Source of the DNA: a virus | Reading direction: 5' to 3' (one strand) | DNA length: 64,000 bases | IMG/VR virus record: IMGVR_UViG_3300008114_000042 | Location: 34,865-98,864 of that record | Part shown: one piece after another, positions 41,040-49,802 of the stretch | Numbering within the stretch: position 1 is the stretch's first letter | Layout of the letters: each line of letters starts with the position of its first letter | Notes under the pieces: generated by a model | Databases searched by the model: none | Seen by the model: only the letters and a program-made list of their open reading frames with translations | What the model was told of the DNA's origin: nothing | Translations under genes and position numbers: made by a program

Positions 41040-43755
41040 ATTCTAGCAGGGGGGTCTGACATTGGAGGCTTGGAAATGCTATCAAATCGGACAGGTTGTA
41101 TAACGAGATGGTAACAGAGTTATCCACAGATTTCCCAAGTTATCCACAGGTGAAAAGTTGTTTAGTACCAACAACTTTCGGCCCTCACCATGGACTACGC
41201 CCATAGCCAATAACCGTTATATCCCAACGCTTTTGGACTGCCCCATTCTCAGCCATGAATGCATCAATGAGTTCATCAGGCACATAGCCATAGACAGAAG
41301 TGCCACCAATGCTACCGTCGTGGTAGTCAGCGAACGGCTCAATGGGATCGCATACCCATTTGCCATTGAGGAAGAAAGCAATCTCACTAGAGATACCCTT
41401 GCGGCACATATGGTATTCGCTGTTCTGCACACTGATCTCATCAGCCTGCGGGTGAACGATAGTGTAAGTAGGCATTTATGCTCCAATCGCATTGTGAATG
41501 ACAGCGCCATTCTCTACGGAAATGGTCAGGGTATTGACGTAGGTATCGCCATTCCAAATCTCAATGTCGATAGTCTGGTCAGTATCGAATGACCACACCT
41601 TAGCGGTGATGGTATCGACTACTGCCTCTGCGAAATCATGCTTGGTAATCATTGTGTTTCCTTTCTACCAGCGTCCGAATGACTTGACAGGCTCACGATC
41701 CCCAAGAGCGGAGCGGAGTTCGATAGAGCCGCAATCCCGCATGGAGACTGGCGTACCGTCAATCTCAACCCAGAAACGACCCTGACGGTGCTTAGGCATC
41801 CAAGTGACGATGCCCTCCATTCCACCAGAAGTGAAAACGTGGTCGCCAACCATGAGGTCGGTAGTGCAAATGCGGATCATTTTCTTACCTTTCTTGTTTC
41901 TTTCTATACCCTCATCCTAGCAGAGGGGTCTGACATTTAGTTCGGGGGAATCGGGTGATATCGGACACCCAATCAGAACCGTTACCTAACCGTTACTTTC
42001 GGTTGAGGTAGCCCTTGTGAGGGCAATCACGACGGTCATGGCGACTGTCGCAACCAGAGCAGAGAATCTGAGTCATTGTCTTTCCTTTCTTTCTATGCCA
42101 TCAGTCTAGCAGGGGGGTCTGACATTCTTGGCCTCAGAATGTGTGCAAAACGGACACACGCAGAAAAAAGTTTATGTGATGAATCTCACAGGACGGGCCG
42201 CGCCCCGACCCTCAGGAGTTGTTTAATCCCAACACTTATTCTCCCCAGAAGTCGTCAAGCAGTACCCGGCAGTCGTTGCACAGGTGTCGTTCGGTGCGAG
42301 TGTTGGCAACAATTCCAAGCGCAACAGTCTCTACCTGCATCCAGCCAACAGCATCGCAACTGTTGGGACTCACTGTTGTCTCGCACACGTTGCAAGTGAT
42401 CCAGTCTATACGCTCATGCCACCTCACAAAATATCCTCTTCCTCTTCGCACTCACCTTCAATAGTCAGGTCGGGGTACTCATAGCCTTCACCGAGGTAGT
42501 AGCAGTAGTAGTCGAATGCTGATTCGCAGAATGCGGTCTCAACCAAAACCCCATCACGCTTGCTAACGATGCTATGCATGACTAGAACGGTGCCTTCCAG
42601 TATTCCTTGCCGTCTACGACAACGTAGTCAGCGTCCTCAATGGGCATGAGTGGCTTAGTCTTGGTCGGCTCATCAATGAGAGTAGTGAAGTGCTTGACGT
42701 TGGCGGTAGGGACATAGATGATGTCCATATCCTTATTGTCTACCTCCCAAGAGATGTAGGCAGCCTTGACGATCAGGCTATCCTCCACAACGTGAGCATA
42801 GACGCCTGCGGTACCGTCCTGAAAGAAAATCTGAATACGCATTGTGTGAATCCTTACTTGTGAGAAGAGCAGTGAGCGTGCCCATGCGAGCACTCGAAAT
42901 AACCGAAGTCGATATCCTCATCCTCAAGCATGAGGGAGGCATAGACGTTTTCCTCTTCCTGACGGGCGAGGACGTATGAACATTCATTGTCCATATACTC
43001 CCATGAAGAGCCACAGCAGCAGCCGCCCTCATTGAAGTCAAAGTGATGAGAAATGTTAGACATTAGCGTCCATCCAATCCCACACGTCAGCGATGACGTG
43101 CGTGTTGCGAGTGAGTGAAGAGCAAGTACCCATGTAGGTTGCAGAGAAGCGGCGGGACTCCTCAACGTGATCGGCGTAAACCTCAACGTCATACTCCCCA
43201 TCAGAGTACGGGCCGAACACAAAAAGCGTGAACGGCAGCCGACCGAGAGCGGTGTCGTGATAGATATGGAAGGTTGGGAGGGTCATTGTATAGCCTTTCG
43301 TTTGTTTCTTAGTTTCATTGTAGCAGGGGGGTCTGACATTCAGACAGGCGAATGTCCGTTATGTCGCATTTCGCCTAGTGTGACAAGAATCACAATGGGG
43401 GTCTGACAGTCGGAACTTGTACGACCCATGGCGGGGACGGACAATGAAAGTAAAGGTAGTGCCATACATGGTGAATGACTCCACACGGTACTGAGTATGC
43501 TCACGCCCATGGCGGCTAGATGCCTTGAGGACACGGTAGTTCTTACGCATTACCGTCCATCCCCCACATCTGCTCCCAATAGTCCTCATCCTCGAAGTCA
43601 TCCCAAGCCTCACGGCTCTGAATGATGAGTTCGCACTCAGGCAGATCGAAGATATCAATGTCTGTGGTGATGCGACCACAGGCGCTCTTGACTGTGACGA
43701 AGGTTGACATTCCTTGTCCTTTCTCTTGATCGAAGTCTAGCAGAGGGGTCTGACA
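41040..43755 (-). promoter_or_regulatory. five TGTCAG-N10-TAnnnT promoters (PafBC/RecA-NDp-like)
   Basis: 41040-41061, 41914-41935, 42103-42124, 43317-43338, 43734-43755; degenerate copy ~43387-43408. Confidence 0.8.
41120..41148 (+). promoter_or_regulatory. two perfect DnaA boxes
   Basis: TTATCCACA at 41120 and 41140. Confidence 0.7.
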
Positions 43756-43756
43756 G

Positions 43757-44155
43757 TCACCGTGACCGATGGGCACGATTGCGTTCATTCTTGCATAGGC
43801 GACAGGTCTTGTCCCCACGCTTGTTGTGATACCAGTTCTCAGGCATCCATTCATGGCCCCGCACACAATGGGTCTTGTTCTGCCATGCAGCACGGCCACG
43901 GGTGATCATGTCGGCGGTATTGCTCAGATTGGACCCCTCCTGCAAGTGACTAGGGCGAACGCATCCACGATTGTCGCAGGTATGACGAACAAGGGTAGGC
44001 ATCTCCCCATAGTAGAGAGCATAGACAAGCCTATGCGCTCTATAGGTTTCGCCATTCATCTTGATCCTTCCATATCCTGAAACAAACTTAGATCCAGTCC
44101 ACTCCCAGCAATCGCCAGAGGTGTCTACCTTGTCCAGAATGGTGCTAATGTCCAT
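43757..44155 (-). CDS. HNH endonuclease (HNH_3-like)
   Basis: 'CWEWTG...GYG...AHRLVY...HTCDNRGCVRPSHL'; leaderless after TGGTATAAT. Confidence 0.88.
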   Translation of the reverse strand: MDISTILDKVDTSGDCWEWTGSKFVSGYGRIKMNGETYRAHRLVYALYYGEMPTLVRHTCDNRGCVRPSHLQEGSNLSNTADMITRGRAAWQNKTHCVRGHEWMPENWYHNKRGDKTCRLCKNERNRAHRSR

Positions 44156-44403
44156 AGTGACCATTATACCATCCTTTAGACAAGTTCGGGCACAAGCGAA
44201 AGAAGACTGCCCTCCTCGCCCAATGTTTCTACGTTTGCAACCCTGCCATAGAAACACACATGGTCAGTAGGGTCACCAGCGGTAACCACACGAACAGACT
44301 TACCAGAGGTAAGATGGACCAAGTAAACGAACATTGTCTAACCTTTCTTTCTACCCTTAGGGTACCACAGGTAGGTGCCAGCCCCTATTGAAGATTTGAT
44401 GAG

Positions 44404-44475
44404 CGGAACCAACGGGGATCGAACCCGTGTTACCACCGTGACAGGGTGGCGTGTTAACCTCTACACTATGATTCC
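44404..44475 (-). tRNA. tRNA-Asp (GUC)
   Basis: ccacc-ctGTCac-ggtgg. Confidence 0.92.
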
Positions 44476-44476
44476 T

Positions 44477-44551
44477 TGGCTGGCATGGGAGGATTCGAAC
44501 CTCCAACCTTTCGATTAACAGTCGAACGCACTGCCGTTGTGCTACATGCCA
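44477..44551 (-). tRNA. tRNA-Asn (GUU)
   Basis: ttcga-ctGTTaa-tcgaa; encoded CCA. Confidence 0.92.
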
Positions 44552-44556
44552 CAGAG

Positions 44557-44628
44557 TTGGGGTACATGGATTCGAACCATGAATGACAACGTATCAGATT
44601 GTAGTGATGACCTTTTCACTATACCCCA
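44557..44628 (-). tRNA. tRNA with GAU (Ile) anticodon on a Gln-like body
   Basis: tggggta/tacccca acceptor; acaat-ctGATac-gttgt; A73. Confidence 0.7.
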
Positions 44629-44633
44629 TGGAG

Positions 44634-44705
44634 AGCCTAGAGAAGGAATCGAACCCTCAACCAACGCATTACAAGTGCGCCGTTCTACCATTGAACTACC
44701 TAGGC
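44634..44705 (-). tRNA. tRNA-Thr (UGU)
   Basis: gcgca-ctTGTaa-tgcgt. Confidence 0.92.
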
Positions 44706-44710
44706 AAGAG

Positions 44711-44781
44711 TGGAGATACAGGGATTTGAACCCCGAACGATTGCTTGCAAAGCAACTGTGATACCTTTTCACCATATCCCC
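44711..44781 (-). tRNA. tRNA-Ala (UGC)
   Basis: ttTGCaa loop; G3:U70. Confidence 0.92.
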
Positions 44782-44798
44782 GTCGTCTGGGCCGCTAG

Positions 44799-44869
44799 TG
44801 GGGGCACAGGGAATCGAACCCCGATCTGCTGATTAAGAGTCAGCGGTTTTACCGTTAGACTATACCCCC
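44799..44869 (-). tRNA. tRNA-Lys (CUU)
   Basis: gctga-ctCTTaa-tcagc. Confidence 0.92.
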
Positions 44870-44874
44870 GAAGT

Positions 44875-45305
44875 GTGTGTGGTAGGAATATTCTCAGGCT
44901 TCCCTACCTTCCCGGTGACTGGCCTATCCCTTGCGGGTGCTACTGAGAGCCGGGGGTTCAAGGGGATTACTATAGGCATTGGTGGCGAGAACCTCATTTA
45001 ACATTGAACGTGTCACTATTTGTACCTACTACCCTTGTGTTTTGGGGTTTCGGGGACTAGGCTAACCCGGTCTAACCGGAGCGTTCGTTCCACCCTTCTG
45101 AGTACCATTGCCACTACGGCTTTCCTCAGTTTTCCCAAGTTTGTGAGCGGATTCTTACCGCTTTCAGATTTCGGTCTGTGCGTGCCTAGCGTTTCTAGTT
45201 TCGACTGGCGCATCCTGTGCTTTCCAATTCCCAACTAGTGCTTCGGGGCTTTCAGACTCCCAATCTGCGCTTCCTAGCGCTTCTGGATACTCTCTATTTT
45301 CTTAT
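44875..45305 (-). ncRNA. candidate large structured ncRNA upstream of tRNA cluster
   Basis: Own promoter, no credible ORF, many hairpins and GAAA/GCAA loops. Confidence 0.6.
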
Positions 45306-46497
45306 GTCTTAAGAGTACCACACTTTGGTCTGGTTTGCAAGTCCTGAGGCTTATTTGCTGTGTGAGGCTCATCACATTTTCTGTGCTTACTTGCTCACGC
45401 AGGCTCATCCTTGACCTTGCTCACTCTCTATTTTCTTATACCTTAAGGTTACCACGGATGGGGGCAGAAAGCAAGTTGAAAATGCATACAAAACGGACAA
45501 CTTTATGTGATGTGTGTCACAACGGGTCGCGGCCCCCGTTAATATTCCTGACTATACACCTGCTCAGCAATATCCTTGTATTCAGCCTTCATTAGATACC
45601 CCTGCTCAATAAGCATATCCAGAGCGCTCAGTACCATTTCCCATGATCCACGAGGCATCTCTACTCTAACCACAATATCTTCCTTCTCCATACCCTTGCG
45701 GAATCAGCGTAACGAAACCATCGTTGGCATCGTCATTAGTAAAAACAGCGTTGATAAAGCGTAGGCCGCATGACTCGTCATACCAGTCTACGATATCCTT
45801 GAGGTTGGGAGCATATGTCTCATAGTCCCATTCCTCCATTTGCCTAACCTGCTCATCATCCATAGACAGGTAGATTTTATGACAACCGTCAAAATGCATA
45901 CCCTTCGCATTACGGAGCATTTGCTCTACCAGCCACCAGCGGTCATCCATTGTATTCCTCCATTGCCTGAGTGTATGAGAAGTCTATTACCTCATACTCT
46001 CTAATAGCCCCATCATTGCTATTGTATGTCTGAATGAATAGTGGGCGGCAGTCAAGGCATCCCGCTACTCCACACCCGCCGATTAGTGTGCGTTCGATAG
46101 TCATTAGTAGTACCGTCCTTCATTCATCATTTCATCGGTAGGGTAGTGGTAAATAGGATGGGCGCAAAGCCATGCAGACATGCCATGCTCGCAGATATCC
46201 TCCTCAGGATCGGGAGGATATTCCATATTATCCATTTGATATGCCCCCAATAGTCCACGGTAGTCATTATCTACAGACTCACAAGGGAATTCGTCAGTAA
46301 TCATTAGAATACACTCCCACACACGAGACAGATAGCCTTATACCTAGGTTCGATATCCTCGCAGCCGATACACGGCTCCCACGGTAGGTCGGGGAAATAC
46401 TTATAGACAAATTCTTCGACAGCCCTCTGGCCCTTATCTTGATAGATAGCGTAGCAAACGTCATCCAGACCGATAGTGTCATCCATGATTATTTTCC

Positions 46498-47244
46498 TTA
46501 TTTCTTTGATCGTGAGAATGAGATATTGGCCTTATTATCAACGCATAGACGGCAGACACTACAGGCGCTACCCTCGGTGCTAATAAGGGGAATTTGCTTA
46601 CGCTGCTCAGGACAGATAGCACCGGGCCTGCCGGTAATATCCTTGACAGCCGCCTGACTTTCTGCAAAAGTCTCAGCAACGAAAGCGACCTTAATTCCAT
46701 AAGTACGGTAGAGCATATCTGCTACCGGCTTATTATTGGGGTCGCCACTAAAGTAAAGCGACAGATTAGGCAGATTAGCCTTGTGCAGCCTGACGGCAGC
46801 ATTAGCATTACGGGTATAGACCCAGAATTGGATATGCGGGTACAGGATGATAATGTTAATCCATGCCTCAATATAGGTTTCAGAGAAAAAGTCCCCGTCC
46901 CAATGGATGCGATAAATACGCTCAGAGCCCTTTTTCTCAGACTTAGTATCGAATTCCCAGATAAGGGCGTTCAGCATATCGAAAGTGTCGATAAGGTTGG
47001 CATCCTTAAGGGCATTGTAATTGTGGAGCATGGCAGCCCCGACACCCTTAAAAAGGTTTTCCAATTTGCCAGCGTAGCAAATTAGTTCGCAATATTCGGT
47101 AGCACCGACGCAGGAATAGTCAATTCCATTGGCAAGGCCCATAGTATTTGAGAAAGCGGCCTGCTTTCCATTTTTAGTAACGCAGGAAGCCACTTTCCGG
47201 TCATTAGAAGCGGCTAGGACGGGGAGCATTGTTTTCGTAGTCAT
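46498..47244 (-). CDS. Gp88-like Cys-rich protein
   Basis: 'SCVGAT..C...CYA', 'RIHWDGDF', 'WVYTR', 'CP...C..C..C'; leaderless ATG 47244. Confidence 0.75.
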   Translation of the reverse strand: MTTKTMLPVLAASNDRKVASCVTKNGKQAAFSNTMGLANGIDYSCVGATEYCELICYAGKLENLFKGVGAAMLHNYNALKDANLIDTFDMLNALIWEFDTKSEKKGSERIYRIHWDGDFFSETYIEAWINIIILYPHIQFWVYTRNANAAVRLHKANLPNLSLYFSGDPNNKPVADMLYRTYGIKVAFVAETFAESQAAVKDITGRPGAICPEQRKQIPLISTEGSACSVCRLCVDNKANISFSRSKK

Positions 47245-47856
47245 AGGTGTAACTATACAGGATAATATGGGTATGGTCAAGGGGCAAAACGGACATTGGC
47301 GTGTGAGTAATATCACAGGGGGCGCGGCCCCGGCAGGGTAGTCAGGAGGGTAGTGTAGCAAGGTAGCAGGTAACAAGGTCATAGGGTACAAGGGTGTAGA
47401 ACACAGAGTGTCCATGGTCCCTTACCACTACAGCCTCATGGTCAGCGAAGAAGGGCACAAGGGTAGCGCTAGCACGGTCATGCTTAAAGAACACAACGGT
47501 ACAGTTGCGAGGGTAGTTGTATACCTGAAACGACGTATGCTCATCCCCCTCTGGGAGGTAGTGCTGTACCCTACCTACCCTAGTAGTCATATCCACCACA
47601 GCACCACATGCAGCCTTCCTTGTGGTCATCCTCATCCTGTACCTTCTCTTCTTCAATGTCAAGGTAGTCCATGATTCCATCAGTAATGGAGTAGTACCTA
47701 TCCTTGCGATGACGGATTTCGTTAGTCCATTCTCCATCACCCTTGTACCGTCGCCATGCTACGTCGGTATGCCAGTTAATGTGTGCCTCACCATGCTTGT
47801 CCTTGACGTATGCTATCTGCACACGGGCAGGGCGAGTCTTATCAGTCTTGCTCATA

Positions 47857-48321
47857 CTAGTCCTCCCATGAGGGTACTACGGTAGTGGGGATACCATGCT
47901 CTGCCCAGAGGGCCAGCACAGCAGGGTTGTCATCAATGGCATGGATCACATCGTACTCCTGCTGTATGCGGTGGAGTATGTCACTCTTGACATCGTAGTC
48001 AGGGCGACCGTCCTTGTCCCCTCGCATGAGCATGAGGTCTGACGGTACACCATGAAGGGCGAGCCACCATGCTGTTGCATGACGGTACATAGCACGCCTA
48101 GCAGTAACGATGATGATGGTAGTACCTAGCATGTGTGCCCTATGCACCTGATCCACCACATGGGCATGAGCAGGCACGTTGACGCTCTCACTATGAAAGG
48201 CATGGAAGTCCTTGTGCCACCCCTTAGGCTTGGGGGTAGGGGGAAGGATGTAGTGCCTGATACCACTCACATCGGCAAGGGTACCGTCCATATCAACGAT
48301 CATAGCCTGTCTCTTACTCAT
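47857..48321 (-). CDS. HAD-family phosphatase (PNKP 3'-phosphatase-like)
   Basis: 'IVDMDGTLA', 'VTAR', 'MR...D.R.D..VK', 'IDD'. Confidence 0.88.
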   Translation of the reverse strand: MSKRQAMIVDMDGTLADVSGIRHYILPPTPKPKGWHKDFHAFHSESVNVPAHAHVVDQVHRAHMLGTTIIIVTARRAMYRHATAWWLALHGVPSDLMLMRGDKDGRPDYDVKSDILHRIQQEYDVIHAIDDNPAVLALWAEHGIPTTVVPSWED

Positions 48322-48520
48322 AGTCTAAGACTACAGCATGGAGAGGGATAAGTCAAGTTGTGATGGTGTGATGATTGTCACAGACAATATAGGCGCACTA
48401 AACGCTGACGCATAAAGGACAAATAGGACGTATCGTACAAATAGTCTCAAAATTAAAGTTTGTCGATATTAATAAACAAAATAGTGAGAAGTAATAAAAA
48501 TAGTGTGATATAATGGGTAT

Positions 48521-49048
48521 ATGATAACATGCACCCGATGCAAGAAGACAAAGGCACCGAACGATTTCTACAAGAATAGGAATAACAGCACCGGGTTTCA
48601 CTCTTGGTGTAGAGAATGTGTGTCCGACAACTACTATGAGCGTAAGGGGGCGGGGAGGGATAGGAAAAAGAGAAACTATCCTGTTGGCGGCGAGAAGAAG
48701 TGCCCATTGTGTGAGAAGAACAAGCCCCTGTCAGAATATCCTAAAAACAATAACTATTGCTCTTCGTGCAAGAAAGACTACGATAGGAAGATAAAGACTT
48801 CTCGTAGATGGAATATATCAATAGATACGATAAACGATATGTATTCTCATGGATGCGCTGTATGCGGGAAGACGGAGGGGAGAATGTGCATTGACCATGA
48901 CCATGCGTGCTGTCCGGGCCAAGGCTCGTGTGGCAAATGTGTGAGGGGAGTGCTATGCACAAAATGCAATGCAGCACTTGGAATGGTAGATGACAGCATT
49001 GAGAGACTGCAAGCGCTTATCGCTTACTTGGAAATACAAAAATTTTAA
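48521..49048 (+). CDS. recombination endonuclease VII-family (HNH) nuclease
   Basis: 'CAVCG...IDHDH..C....SCGKCVRGVLC..CN..LG'. Confidence 0.9.
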   Translation: MITCTRCKKTKAPNDFYKNRNNSTGFHSWCRECVSDNYYERKGAGRDRKKRNYPVGGEKKCPLCEKNKPLSEYPKNNNYCSSCKKDYDRKIKTSRRWNISIDTINDMYSHGCAVCGKTEGRMCIDHDHACCPGQGSCGKCVRGVLCTKCNAALGMVDDSIERLQALIAYLEIQKF

Positions 49049-49624
49049 ACTTTGCCACGGGCGGCCTGTACACGGGCAGTGCTCTGGGTATACGTGTTGA
49101 CAACCCTGACATCAGGGTGACGTGGTACCCCACCCGCTTCTACATCCTGAGGAACCCGACGGTCAACACCATCGTGACTGTCGTCGAATTTGAGTGCGAG
49201 GTCCGATGAAACTTCCCAGATGGAAGTGGAGTGCCCGTAGTCATGCACCGCAGTGCCACCAAGCGTGGACTGGCAGTAAGCATTCAGGCACCGTAAAGTC
49301 CAAGTTAAAAGTTATGCGCATGACCCCTTTTAGGTAGTTTCAACTACACTTTTAGGGGTTTTTGTGCTACACTATGCTTATGAGAAAACTACTTATGACG
49401 ATAGCCCATCCCCCAGCGCTACCCCTTCTCCAAGTGCTACATTGACGTACATGGGGCGAAGCGTGTTGCGATGCTTGCTCCCTACCAGATAGGCACACTT
49501 TAATAACAGAAGCATAACATTCAGTCATTTACAAAAGTTTGACCGGACAAAGTTTAGCCAATAAGCGCTTACATCTTGTGTTTTCCGTCACACAGGTGCT
49601 ATAATGATGCTTGTTATATAACAT

Positions 49625-49670
49625 GGTAGGGCTAAGGTAAGCAGGGAACATGAGTGCTCTTAGCCCTACC
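49625..49670. terminator. 12-bp stem hairpin
   Basis: ggtagggctaag / cttagccctacc. Confidence 0.5.
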
Positions 49671-49802
49671 ACTACAAAGACTCTACCTAAATAAACGAAA
49701 CTACATCCCTCTCCTGATATTTATACAGTAAAGAGACTACCGAACGTAGTGAGGTAGTAAATGATACAGCCACAATTGCTTGCCTTGCGAGCATAGTATA
49801 GA

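Larger units (their letters stand above)
33030..48350 (-). other. early-type arm: many small, mostly acidic ORFs in repeated promoter modules
   Basis: Dense short ORFs with GAAAGG RBS or leaderless starts, separated by promoter blocks carrying repeated operators. Confidence 0.75.
37318..48382. promoter_or_regulatory. ten CRP/GlxR-type operators TGTGA-N6-TCACA
   Basis: Starts at 37318, 37858 (1 mismatch), 38068, 39608, 42175, 43379, 45361, 45506, 47302, 48367; all upstream of minus-strand promoters. Confidence 0.85.

Noticed and set aside
41040-43755. Repeated ctagcagggggtctgaca as CRISPR repeats
   Set aside because: Spacing is irregular (190-1200 bp) with ORFs between; each copy contains a -10 element
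44945-45130. RNase P RNA (gaggaaagccg ... cccccggcu)
   Set aside because: Only partial resemblance to conserved regions I and V; positions and other conserved regions do not fit; left to a covariance-model test
45016-45238. 72-aa ORFs on both strands in the ncRNA candidate
   Set aside because: No RBS, no protein-like features, dense RNA structure instead
49577-49592. Eleventh CRP box (TGTGT-N6-TCACA)
   Set aside because: One mismatch, outside the arm and not in the shared geometry; not counted
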